In this document: positions 19,874 through 31,496 of the stretch, piece by piece
Layout: every line of letters begins with the position of its first letter
How positions within the stretch are numbered: the first letter of the stretch is position 1
NCBI GenBank assembly: GCA_963717505.1
Contig: OY970342.1
Span: forward strand, 3,104,001 to 3,168,000
Source: Candidatus Eiseniibacteriota bacterium
GTDB lineage: Bacteria; Eisenbacteria; RBG-16-71-46
Reading direction: 5' to 3'
Length of the DNA: 64,000 bases
Program-made: the position numbers and the translations under genes
Notes under the pieces: model-generated
Database searches by the model: none
Told to the model about the DNA's origin: nothing
Seen by the model: the letters and a program-made list of their open reading frames with translations, nothing else

Positions 19874-19937
19874 CACGAACATCGGGGAGTGCCGCGCCGC
19901 CCGAGCGGGCGAACGCGGCGTTCCAGTGAGGGACGAC

Positions 19938-22427
<2,490 letters not shown>

Positions 22428-22434
22428 CGCGCTG

Positions 22435-24876
22435 TTGCTGCTCGCGGCCCTCGCCCTCCCGGCGGGGGCCGGAGCGCAGCCGTCCCCGGCCGATTCGCTC
22501 GCGCGGCCGGGTGCCGCACCGGTTTCGCCCGACACGCTGGCGGTCCCCGAGGTCGAGGTCCAGGCGGCACCGGCCCGGGTGCGACGCGTCGGCGAGATCT
22601 CGGTCGAAGGCAACACCTGGACCGATCGCGAGCGAATCGTGCGCACCTTCGACGTTCCCAGCGGGGCCCGCTTCACCGACGAAGCACTGCGGCGCGGGCT
22701 GCGCAAGCTGTTCGCCCTCGGCCTGTTCGCCGACGCCTGGGTCGAGACCCGCGATCGTGGGGAACTGGTCGACCTGGTCCTGCACGTGCTCGAGCGTGCC
22801 CGGATCGGCAAGATCACGTTCACCGGGCAGAAGGCTCGCGACGCCGAGGATCTCGAAGGACGCCTGATCCTCAAGGTCGGCGACCCCTATCACCCGACCC
22901 AGCTCCAGACCCAGATCGACTCGCTGAAGCGCTACTACCGCGAGGAAGGCTATCCACGCGCCGAGTTCGAGGCCAAGGCCGACACGCTGCCCGATCGCCG
23001 CCTCGAGGTGACGTTCCAGGTGCGCGAAGGCGAACGCGTGCGCATCGAGCGAATCGAGATCGAAGGCGCCAAGGCGTTCGATGTCGATGCGGCGCGCAAG
23101 AAGATGAAGAACAAACCGCGCAGCATGTTCGGCGGCGGCGAGCCGAAGGACGAAGAGATCAACGCCGACATCGCGTCGCTCGAGGCCTTCTATCACAACC
23201 GCGGTTACCGAGACATGCGCGTGCTCGGTTACGAGTTCCGGCCGGGATCGCGCCCGGATCGGCAGATCCTGGTGTTCAAGATCGAGGAAGGCCGCCCGTA
23301 CAAGTTCGGCGAGGTGCGCTGGTCCGGCAACCGCTCGGTCGGTCCGGCGGCACTCGACCGGGTGTGGCGCAACTCGCCGAGCCGGGTGGTCTACGACCAG
23401 TCCCGGATCGACCAGGTGCGCAGCGAAGCCTTCGCGATGTACGCCGAGGAAGGGTATCTGTACCTCGACATCGACGCGCGTGAATCGGTCCGCGATTCCG
23501 ACAAGGTCGACGTCACCTTCGTGATCACCGAGGGCCGGCCGTCGCAGATCCGCTACATCAACATCAACGGCAACAAAGGCACCCGCGAGCACGTCATCCG
23601 CCGCGAGATGGTGATTCACGAAGGCGACCGCTTCCGTCGCTCGACCCTGGTGCGCACCCAGGGCGACATCTTCCGCCTCGGCCTGTTCGAGGACGTGCAG
23701 ATCGATTTCTCACCGGCCGACAGCTCCGACGTCGACATCGTGCTCAAGGTCAAGGAAAAGCAGGTCGGAACCGCCTCGGCGGGCGCCGGCTTCACCGGCG
23801 AGACCGGACTCACCGGGTTCCTCGAGCTCGGCCACAACAATGTCCTGGGCAACAATCAGTCGCTGAACCTGCACCTCGAACGCGGCGGCCGGCGCCAGGA
23901 CTACGTGCTGAGTTTCACCGAGCCCTGGTTCCGCGGGACGCCGACGTTGCTCGGTTTCTCGCTGTTCAACTCCGAACGCGAACGCGACCTCTACATCGAG
24001 AAACGCATCGGCGGTTCGGGGCGCATCGGGCGGCCGCTGCCGTGGCCCGATTACTCACGCGGCTCGATCGCCTACCGGCTCGAGCGCGTCGAAATCGACG
24101 CGCTGACCAACACGTTGACCGCGCAGGACAGCGTGGCGCTCCAAGGACTGCCGCTGGGTGAGCGGGTGCTGACCAGCAGCGTGACGCTCGGGTTCACACG
24201 CAACAGCGCCAACCACCCTCAGTATCCGACCGGCGGGACGCGGCTCATCCTCGAGAGCGAGCTGGCCGGTGGCATATTCGGCGGTTCGGTCTGGTTCAAC
24301 AAGAACCGCCTGGATGGCCGCATGTACTTTCCCTCGCCGCTCCGCGGGGTCAGCACCATGCTGCGGGCGCGCCTCGGCGTTCTGAGTCCCTACGTCGGTC
24401 AAACCACGCCGGTGCCGGAGTACGAGCGCTTCCGTCTGGGCGGCGGCACGACGCTCGATCCCCTACGCGGCTACGACGACTACCTGGTGGTGCCCGAGAA
24501 GTTCATCCGCGCGGTGCACGACACGCTGGACAAGAATGCGCCCTACGACAGCGTCAGCACGGCGGTGGTGCGCTACCCGGGCGGCCGGTTCATGTCGGTG
24601 TATACGGTCGAGCAGCAGTTCCCGATCGTCCATCCGTTGCATGCGGTGCTGTTCTTCGACGCCGGCAATACCTGGGACCTGGGGCACGAAGTCCGGCCAT
24701 TCGACCTCAACATGTCGGCGGGGATAGGATTCCGGCTCGAGATCCCGCTGCTCGGCAACATCGGCTTCGACTACGGCTACGGGTTCGATCGCATCGAGTA
24801 CAACAACCTGACCGGCACGTTCGTGAAACGGCCACGGTGGAAGGGGCATTTCCTGCTCGGGAACTTCGGCTTCTGA
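22435..24876 (+). CDS. bamA: Outer membrane protein assembly factor BamA
   Basis: Signal peptide (LALPAGAGA), POTRA repeats, FTEPWF, LRGYDD, FFDAGN, C-terminal Phe. Start uncertain; TTG 22435 is the nearest in-frame start. Confidence 0.93.
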   Translation: MLLAALALPAGAGAQPSPADSLARPGAAPVSPDTLAVPEVEVQAAPARVRRVGEISVEGNTWTDRERIVRTFDVPSGARFTDEALRRGLRKLFALGLFADAWVETRDRGELVDLVLHVLERARIGKITFTGQKARDAEDLEGRLILKVGDPYHPTQLQTQIDSLKRYYREEGYPRAEFEAKADTLPDRRLEVTFQVREGERVRIERIEIEGAKAFDVDAARKKMKNKPRSMFGGGEPKDEEINADIASLEAFYHNRGYRDMRVLGYEFRPGSRPDRQILVFKIEEGRPYKFGEVRWSGNRSVGPAALDRVWRNSPSRVVYDQSRIDQVRSEAFAMYAEEGYLYLDIDARESVRDSDKVDVTFVITEGRPSQIRYININGNKGTREHVIRREMVIHEGDRFRRSTLVRTQGDIFRLGLFEDVQIDFSPADSSDVDIVLKVKEKQVGTASAGAGFTGETGLTGFLELGHNNVLGNNQSLNLHLERGGRRQDYVLSFTEPWFRGTPTLLGFSLFNSERERDLYIEKRIGGSGRIGRPLPWPDYSRGSIAYRLERVEIDALTNTLTAQDSVALQGLPLGERVLTSSVTLGFTRNSANHPQYPTGGTRLILESELAGGIFGGSVWFNKNRLDGRMYFPSPLRGVSTMLRARLGVLSPYVGQTTPVPEYERFRLGGGTTLDPLRGYDDYLVVPEKFIRAVHDTLDKNAPYDSVSTAVVRYPGGRFMSVYTVEQQFPIVHPLHAVLFFDAGNTWDLGHEVRPFDLNMSAGIGFRLEIPLLGNIGFDYGYGFDRIEYNNLTGTFVKRPRWKGHFLLGNFGF

Positions 24877-25454
24877 TGAGAAACCCGGAAACCGGAGGGA
24901 TCCGCGCGCGCGCGCCCGGCCGGAGCGCGCGGGCCGGGCTGGTGCTGGTGTGGCTGGGCGTGCTGGTCCCGGCGGCACACGCTCAGGTGCGCATCGGCTA
25001 TATTGACTCCGCCCGGATCTTCCAGGAGTACGACGCGGCCAAGGAAGCGCAGGCGCGCTTCGACCGTCAGGTCACGGGCTGGCGGGACGAAGCCGCCGAG
25101 AAGCAGAAGGTGGTCGAGACGCTGCGTGCCGAGGTGCGCGACCAGTCGCCGATCCTGTCGACGCTCAAGCGTCAGGAGAAGGAGCAGGCGCTGCAGCGGG
25201 CGGTCGGCGAGTACGAGAAGTTCATTCAGGAGATCTGGGGACCGCAGGGTCGGGCCGCCCAGGAGAACGAACGGGCCACGGCGGAAGTCGTGGCGCAGAT
25301 CCGCTCGGCGGTCGAGAAGATCGCCAGCGAACAGAACCTCGACTTGGTGCTCGATGCCGCGAGCGGCTATCTCATCTACGCGAACAAGTCCCTCGACTTC
25401 ACGCTCGCGGTTCTGGAAGAACTGAAGACGCGCTCCCCGGCGACGAGTCCGTAG
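24876..25454 (+). CDS. skp: Periplasmic chaperone Skp/OmpH
   Basis: Signal peptide, RIGYIDSARIF, coiled coil, LDLVLD...IYAN..LDFT; lies between bamA and lpxD. Confidence 0.92.
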   Translation: MRNPETGGIRARAPGRSARAGLVLVWLGVLVPAAHAQVRIGYIDSARIFQEYDAAKEAQARFDRQVTGWRDEAAEKQKVVETLRAEVRDQSPILSTLKRQEKEQALQRAVGEYEKFIQEIWGPQGRAAQENERATAEVVAQIRSAVEKIASEQNLDLVLDAASGYLIYANKSLDFTLAVLEELKTRSPATSP

Positions 25455-25490
25455 GACATGGGTCCTGGAGACCGACCGGAGAAGGAACTC

Positions 25491-26540
25491 ATGACGAAAC
25501 ACACCCTGGCCGAAATCGCGGAACTGCTCGGCGGGACCGTGGTCGGCGATCCGGCCACCGAGATTCGCGGGGTGGCCGGGATTCGCGAGGCGATGCCCGG
25601 GGACATCACGTTCCTGGCCAACGCCCGCTACGAGCCGCACCTGCTCGAGACCCGGGCGTCGGCGGTGATCTGCTCGCGCGAAACGCGCGAGGCGCCGATA
25701 CCGATCCTGCACGTCGACAACCCCTATCTCGCCTTCCAGCGGGTGGTGCGCGAGTTCCGGCCGGATCCGGTGCGCGCCGAGCCCGGGGTGCATCCCACGG
25801 CGGCGGTCGCCCTTGACGCGGTGCTCGGCGCCGGCGTTTCGATCGGACCCTGGTGCGTGATCGGCGCCGGGGCGCGAATCGGGGAGGGCTCGATCCTCAT
25901 GGCCGGCTGCGCCATCGGGCCGGGGAGCGTGGTCGGGAACGACACGTTGCTCTATCCCAATGTCACGGTGCGCGAGGAGTGCACGATCGGGAGCCGTTGC
26001 ATCCTCCACCCGGGCGTGGTGATCGGCAGCGACGGATTCGGATTCGCGCTCGACGCGGGTCGCTACCACAAGGTGCCGCAGGTCGGAACGGTCGAGATCG
26101 GCGACGACGTCGAGATCGGTTCGAACTCCACGATCGATCGGGCGACCACCGACGCCACCCGGATTGGCGACGGCACCAAGATCGACAATCTGGTCCAGAT
26201 CGGACACAACGTGCAGATCGGCAAACACTGCATCATCGTCGCGCAGGTCGGGATCGCGGGCAGCACGCGACTCGAGGACTATGTGACGGTGGCGGGGCAG
26301 GCCGGTCTGGTCGGGCACATCACGATCGGACAGGGGGCGATCATCGGCGCCAAGGCCGGTGTGTCGCGGTCGGTGCCGGCGAGTGCGGTGGTTTCGGGCT
26401 ATCCGGCGATGTCGCACGGATTGTTCAAGCGGGTCCACGCCATGCTGCAGCGGCTGCCCGACCTGTTCCAGCGCACCAAGGAGCTCGAGCGCCGCGTCGC
26501 TGAGATCGAACACGCTCCCGAGCGGGAACAAGTGCCGTGA
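25491..26540 (+). CDS. lpxD: UDP-3-O-acylglucosamine N-acyltransferase
   Basis: ITFLAN, hexapeptide repeats, GSDGFGF, KVPQVG, KIDNLVQIGHN. Confidence 0.97.
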   Translation: MTKHTLAEIAELLGGTVVGDPATEIRGVAGIREAMPGDITFLANARYEPHLLETRASAVICSRETREAPIPILHVDNPYLAFQRVVREFRPDPVRAEPGVHPTAAVALDAVLGAGVSIGPWCVIGAGARIGEGSILMAGCAIGPGSVVGNDTLLYPNVTVREECTIGSRCILHPGVVIGSDGFGFALDAGRYHKVPQVGTVEIGDDVEIGSNSTIDRATTDATRIGDGTKIDNLVQIGHNVQIGKHCIIVAQVGIAGSTRLEDYVTVAGQAGLVGHITIGQGAIIGAKAGVSRSVPASAVVSGYPAMSHGLFKRVHAMLQRLPDLFQRTKELERRVAEIEHAPEREQVP

Positions 26541-27859
26541 AGCGAGCGAACCAACGCACCATCCAACACGAGACCAGCTTCTCTGGAGTCGGGCTCCACA
26601 CCGGCGAAGCCGGCCGCGTCACGTTTCGACCTGCGCCCGAAGACACCGGGCTGCTGTTCGTGCGCGCCGACCTGCCGGGCGCACCGGGGGTCCAGGTGCG
26701 AGCCGAGAACGCGCGCTTCGACCCCAAGGCCGGCCGGCGGACGATCCTCGAGCAGGACGGGGTCCAGGTCCATACCATGGAGCACCTGCTCGCCGCGGTC
26801 GGCGGGCTCGGGATCGACAATCTGATCATCGAGACCAGCACCATGGAGATTCCGGAACCGGCCGACGGCAGCGCGGCGCCGATCGCTCAGGTACTGCTCG
26901 AGGCCGGGATCGTCGAGCAAGAGCGGGCGCCCCGGCACATCAAGATCTCGAAGCCGGTGCGCTGGGCCTCGAACGGGGCCGAGATCTCCGCGACGCCGTT
27001 CGATGGGCTCCGGCTGACCTACCGGATCGAGTACCCGAATCCGCTGATCGGGACGCAGGTTCTGACGCTCGACGTGAATCGAGAAACGTTCCTGCGCGAC
27101 ATCGCCCCGGCGCGCACGTTCGTCCTCGAACGGGACCTCGACGCACTGCGCCGGGCCGGTTGGATCAAGGGCGGGCGGATCGAGAGCGCGGTGGTGGTCG
27201 GGGACGGCGCGATCCGGAATCCCGAGCCGCTGCGGTTCGACGACGAGTTCGTCCGTCACAAGCTGCTGGACCTGCTCGGCGACCTGACGCTGCTCGGCGG
27301 GCCGCTGATCGGACACGTCAGCGCCGTGCGCACCGGACACGAGGGACACGTGGCGTTCGTCCGCCAGCTGCGCTCGTCGCTGCCCATGCCGGGGCGGCGG
27401 GCGGGAGCGCCGCCGGACGAGTGGGACATCAGCGCGATCCAGGACCTGTTGCCGCACCGCTACCCGTTCCTCCTGGTCGATCGCATCACGCACCTCGAAG
27501 AAGGCAAGTGGATCGAGGGCATCAAGAACGTCACGATCAACGAGCCGTTCTTCGTAGGACACTTTCCGGGGCATCCGATCATGCCGGCGGTGTTGATCGT
27601 CGAAGCCATGGCCCAGGTCGGCGGACTGTTGCTGCTGAACTCGGTCGACGACCCGAGCGAGAACCTCATGTACTTCATGGGCATCGACGGCGCCCGCTTT
27701 CGCCGACCGGTCACCCCGGGAGACCAGCTGCGCTTCCACGTGACGTTGCTGCGGCTGAAGGGCGGCAGGGCGAAGATGCGCGGCGAAGTCTTCGTGGACG
27801 GACAGCGCGTCGCCGAAGCCGAGCTGATGGCCACCGTGGTTCCGCGGCGGCAGGCGTGA
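26537..27859 (+). CDS. lpxC: Bifunctional LpxC-FabZ fusion
   Basis: GVGLHTG, TMEHLLAA, IAPARTF, RHKLLDLLGDL, then LPHRYPFLLVD, GHFPGHPIMPAVLIVEAMAQ. Confidence 0.96.
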   Translation: MKRANQRTIQHETSFSGVGLHTGEAGRVTFRPAPEDTGLLFVRADLPGAPGVQVRAENARFDPKAGRRTILEQDGVQVHTMEHLLAAVGGLGIDNLIIETSTMEIPEPADGSAAPIAQVLLEAGIVEQERAPRHIKISKPVRWASNGAEISATPFDGLRLTYRIEYPNPLIGTQVLTLDVNRETFLRDIAPARTFVLERDLDALRRAGWIKGGRIESAVVVGDGAIRNPEPLRFDDEFVRHKLLDLLGDLTLLGGPLIGHVSAVRTGHEGHVAFVRQLRSSLPMPGRRAGAPPDEWDISAIQDLLPHRYPFLLVDRITHLEEGKWIEGIKNVTINEPFFVGHFPGHPIMPAVLIVEAMAQVGGLLLLNSVDDPSENLMYFMGIDGARFRRPVTPGDQLRFHVTLLRLKGGRAKMRGEVFVDGQRVAEAELMATVVPRRQA

Positions 27860-27879
27860 GCGCGGCGGAGCCCGCGACC

Positions 27880-28659
27880 ATGGAGGCGCCGCAAGTTCAT
27901 CCGGCCGCGTTCGTCGATCCGGCAGCACGTCTCGCGCCCGGCGTGGTGGTCGAGCCGGGGGCGATCGTCGGCCCGCACGTTCAGGTCGGCGCCGGGACCC
28001 GCATCGGCAGCTATGCGAACGTCTCAGGATGGACGCGACTCGGCGAGCATTGTCGGGTTCATCATTGCGCGGTGGTCGGGGGGCCACCCCAGGACCTCAA
28101 GTACAAAGGCGGCGAGTCGTACCTCGAAGTCGGCGACCACACCATTCTGCGGGAGTTCTCGAGCGTGCACCTGGCGGCCGAGCCCGGGAACATCACGCGG
28201 ATCGGCAGCCATTGCCTGGTCATGGCCTACGCGCACGTCGCCCATGACTGCCAGGTCGGCAATCACGTGATCCTGTCCAACGTGGTCCAGCTCGCGGGCT
28301 TCGTGACCATCGAAGACTGGGCGATCCTCGGCGGCATGGCGGGGGTCCATCAGTTCACGCGCATCGGGTGCCACGCGATGGTCGGCGGCGCCTCGCGTGT
28401 CGCGCAGGACGTGGCGCCCTACGTCAAGCTGGCCGGCAATCCGCCGCGGCCGGTGGGCCTCAACGCGATTGGGCTCGAGCGCCGTGGGATCTCGGCGGAG
28501 GCGATCGCGGCGCTCGAAGTCGCCTACAAGCTGCTCTTCCGCCGCAATCTGCCCGTCGTCGAGGCGGTGGCGCGCATTCGATCCGAGCTGCCGGCGCTGC
28601 CCGAAGTCGAGCACCTGGCCCGCTTCGCCGAGACGTCGGCGCGCGGGCTGACACGCTGA
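27880..28659 (+). CDS. lpxA: Acyl-ACP--UDP-N-acetylglucosamine O-acyltransferase
   Basis: VHPAAFV, PQDLKY, MAYAHVAHDC, VHQF, QDVAPY, GLNAIGLERRG. Alternative GTG start at 27856. Confidence 0.96.
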   Translation: MEAPQVHPAAFVDPAARLAPGVVVEPGAIVGPHVQVGAGTRIGSYANVSGWTRLGEHCRVHHCAVVGGPPQDLKYKGGESYLEVGDHTILREFSSVHLAAEPGNITRIGSHCLVMAYAHVAHDCQVGNHVILSNVVQLAGFVTIEDWAILGGMAGVHQFTRIGCHAMVGGASRVAQDVAPYVKLAGNPPRPVGLNAIGLERRGISAEAIAALEVAYKLLFRRNLPVVEAVARIRSELPALPEVEHLARFAETSARGLTR

Positions 28660-28669
28660 GGAACGCGTC

Positions 28670-29668
28670 GTGAAACCGGTGCGGGTCGGCGTTTGGGGGG
28701 TCGGCGTCTGGGGTGAGAAGCACGCTCGGGTCTATCGGGCGCTCCCCGGGGCCGAGCTGGTCGGCGTCCATGACCAGGATGTCTCGCGCGCCCGGAAGGT
28801 GGCCGACGAGCATGGCGCCCGGGCGTTCGAGCGGGCCGAGGATCTGCTCGCAGAGTGCGAGGCGGTTTCGATTGCGGTGCCGACCATCGCCCACCGCGAG
28901 GCGGTCGAACGCGCCGCCGCCGCCGGTTGCCACGCGCTGGTCGAGAAGCCGATGGCGTTCGCGGTCGCCGACGCCGACGCGATGATCGCCGCCGCGACCC
29001 GCGCCGGCATCACGCTCCAGGTCGGCCAGGTCGAGCGCTTCAATCCGGCGTTGCTTGCGGCGCGTCCATTCCTGCGCGGCATCAAGTTCATCGAAGGCCA
29101 TCGCATGGCGGCGTTCCAGCCGCGTTCCCTCGACATCGACGTGGTGTTCGACCTGATGATCCACGACCTGGACATCGTGCTCCATCTGGTCGGTCAGAGT
29201 CCGACGGCGCTTTCGGCGGTCGGGGTCGCGGTGCTGTCGAGCAACGAGGACATCGCCAATGCCCGCCTCGAGTTCGCGGACGGCTGCGTCGCCAACCTGA
29301 CGGCGAGCCGGGTCTCGGTCGAGCGGTTGCGCCGCATCCGGTTCTTCCAGGGCGACGCCTATGTCTCGGTCGACCTGTTCGAGAAGTCGGGCGAAGCGTT
29401 CGTGATCAGCGACCCGAGGTCGTTCCGACCCGGTGCGGTGAATCCTCTGGAGCTGATGGCCAAGATCCGGCGGACCAAGATCGAGCCCAGCCCCGGTGAG
29501 CCCCTGTCCCTGCAGCTCGAGGCCTTCCTGTCCTCGTTGCGTGGCGAGGGCGCCGGGGCGGCTTCGGCCCGCGCCGGTCGCGATGCGCTCGAAATCGCCG
29601 AGCGCGTGCGATCGGCGATGAAGCAGCGCGCCGATCAGTGGAACCTGAATCCGCTCGGCGCTTCCTGA
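28670..29668 (+). CDS. Gfo/Idh/MocA oxidoreductase, GnnA-like (possible UDP-GlcNAc 3-dehydrogenase)
   Basis: GVGVWG, LVEKPMA, QVGQVERFNPA, DVVFDLMIHDLD, DIANARL, LTASRVS; lies between lpxA and lpxB. Confidence 0.8.
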   Translation: MKPVRVGVWGVGVWGEKHARVYRALPGAELVGVHDQDVSRARKVADEHGARAFERAEDLLAECEAVSIAVPTIAHREAVERAAAAGCHALVEKPMAFAVADADAMIAAATRAGITLQVGQVERFNPALLAARPFLRGIKFIEGHRMAAFQPRSLDIDVVFDLMIHDLDIVLHLVGQSPTALSAVGVAVLSSNEDIANARLEFADGCVANLTASRVSVERLRRIRFFQGDAYVSVDLFEKSGEAFVISDPRSFRPGAVNPLELMAKIRRTKIEPSPGEPLSLQLEAFLSSLRGEGAGAASARAGRDALEIAERVRSAMKQRADQWNLNPLGAS

Positions 29669-30810
29669 TCGTCGCCGGCGAGGCCTCGGGCGACCGGCAT
29701 GCGGCGCGGGTCGTCGCCGAGCTGCGCCGGCTGGGACCGATCGACGTGCGCGGGATCGCCGGACCGGCGCTGCGCGCGGCCGGCGTCACCGCGATCGGAG
29801 CCAGTGACGATCTGGCGGTGGTCGGATTCACCGGCGTGGTGGCGCGACTGCCGCGCATCGTCGGATTGATCGCCAAGCTCAAACGGCTGGCGCAGGACTT
29901 TCGCCCGCAGGTCGCGATCCTGGTCGACAGCCCGGGATTCAATTTTCGGATCGGTCCCGAACTCCACCGCCGCGGCGTGCGCGTGCTCTACTACATCGCA
30001 CCCCAGGTCTGGGCGTGGCACGCGGAGCGTGCCGCGGAGATGGCGCGCTGGGTGGATCGGCTGGCGGTCGTGTTTCCGTTCGAGGAGGAATTGTTTCGCG
30101 CGGCCGGAGTCGAGACCTCGTTCGTCGGCCACCCGCTGCTCGAAGAAGCACCGGCGGCGGCAGGGGAAAACCTGCACGCCCAGCTCGGCGTGCCGGCGTC
30201 GACCCGACTGATCGGGCTCCTGCCGGGCAGCCGCCCGGGGGAGCTGCGCGCGCACCTGGGAACCATGGTCGAGGCGGCGCGCCGTCTGGCGGCCTCGCGC
30301 CCCGACGTGCTCGGTGTGGTCGCGCTGGCGCCGGGCCTCGAGTCGCAGGTGCCGGCCACACTGCTCACCGGCAAGGGTCCGGTGCGGGCGCTCAGTGGAA
30401 TCACGCGATTGCTGCAAAGGGCCGCCACCTGTTGCGCCGTCGCGTCGGGGACGGCGACCCTCGAGACCGCGATTGCCGGCACACCGCTGGTCGTGGTCTA
30501 TCGGACCGGGGGGATCAACTATGCGATCGCTCGACGCGTGGTGCGGCTCGATCGGATTGGTCTGCCGAACATCGTCGCGGGCGCCGACGTGGCGCCCGAG
30601 CTGATTCAGGATCAGTTCACGCCGGACCGGCTGGCCGCGGTGCTCGGGCGCTGGCTCGACGACCCGACGGCATGCGCGGAGGCGCGCCGCGGACTCGAGC
30701 GCGTGCGCGGGCGTCTCGGCGAGTCGGGAGCCGCACGCCGGGTCGCGGGCCTGGCGTGGGATCTGGCGACCGGTACCCCCGCCGCACCCGAGATCGCGGG
30801 GGCTTCGTGA
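29638..30810 (+). CDS. lpxB: Lipid A disaccharide synthase
   Basis: VAGEASGD, VDSPGFN, YYIAPQVWAW, FPFE, LLPGSR, SGTATLE. Confidence 0.97.
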   Translation: MEPESARRFLIVAGEASGDRHAARVVAELRRLGPIDVRGIAGPALRAAGVTAIGASDDLAVVGFTGVVARLPRIVGLIAKLKRLAQDFRPQVAILVDSPGFNFRIGPELHRRGVRVLYYIAPQVWAWHAERAAEMARWVDRLAVVFPFEEELFRAAGVETSFVGHPLLEEAPAAAGENLHAQLGVPASTRLIGLLPGSRPGELRAHLGTMVEAARRLAASRPDVLGVVALAPGLESQVPATLLTGKGPVRALSGITRLLQRAATCCAVASGTATLETAIAGTPLVVVYRTGGINYAIARRVVRLDRIGLPNIVAGADVAPELIQDQFTPDRLAAVLGRWLDDPTACAEARRGLERVRGRLGESGAARRVAGLAWDLATGTPAAPEIAGAS

Positions 30811-31496
30811 GTGCGCGGGGCGTGCCCTGGTGGATGCCGGTGGCCGCGACCGCAGCGACCTGGGTTCTGCGAATGTTGGCGGCGACCTGGCGCGTGGACC
30901 GATCGGGCATGCGCGAGGGCGACGCGGCAGTTGCGGCCGGCCAGCCGTGCCTGTTTGCGTTCTGGCACGCGCGCATGCTGCCGCTCGTGATCACCCATCG
31001 TGGCCGGGGTGGCGCCGTGCTGGTGAGCCGCCATCGCGACGGCGAGTGGATCAGTCAGGTGTTGCAACGTCTCGGTTTCCTGGTGGCGCGCGGATCGAGC
31101 ACGCGCGGAGGCGGCGCGGGGGCGTTGCAGATGCTCGAGTCGGCGCGCGCCGGACGAATCCTCGGGATCACCCCGGACGGTCCGCGCGGCCCGCGCGAGC
31201 GCGTCAAGCCCGGGACCGTCTACCTGGCGAGCCGATCGGGGTTGCCGGTGGTGCCGGTCGCGACTGCATCGCGCCGCACCTGGGTGCTCGATTCCTGGGA
31301 CCGATTCCGGGTTCCCAAGCCGTTCGCACAGGTGATCGTGACTTATGGTCCCGCGATCCGCGTGCCGCCCGAGCTCGACGAGACGATGGCCGAGCGATTT
31401 CGATCCGAGATCGAACGTGCGATCACGGAGCTGACCTCGACCACCGCGCGCCGGGCGGGAGAGGTTTGCGCGGCCTCCGGTTCGGGGGCGGCATGA
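30807..31496 (+). CDS. DUF374 / LpxJ-like lysophospholipid acyltransferase
   Basis: FWH, VSRHRDGE, RGSSTRGG, ITPDGPRGP, SWDRFRVPKPF; upstream of waaA. Confidence 0.85.
   Translation: MSARGVPWWMPVAATAATWVLRMLAATWRVDRSGMREGDAAVAAGQPCLFAFWHARMLPLVITHRGRGGAVLVSRHRDGEWISQVLQRLGFLVARGSSTRGGGAGALQMLESARAGRILGITPDGPRGPRERVKPGTVYLASRSGLPVVPVATASRRTWVLDSWDRFRVPKPFAQVIVTYGPAIRVPPELDETMAERFRSEIERAITELTSTTARRAGEVCAASGSGAA

Noticed and set aside
26537-27859. LpxC-FabZ fusion as a novelty
   Set aside because: Well known in Bacteroidota, Chlorobi and related phyla; useful only as a taxonomic hint.
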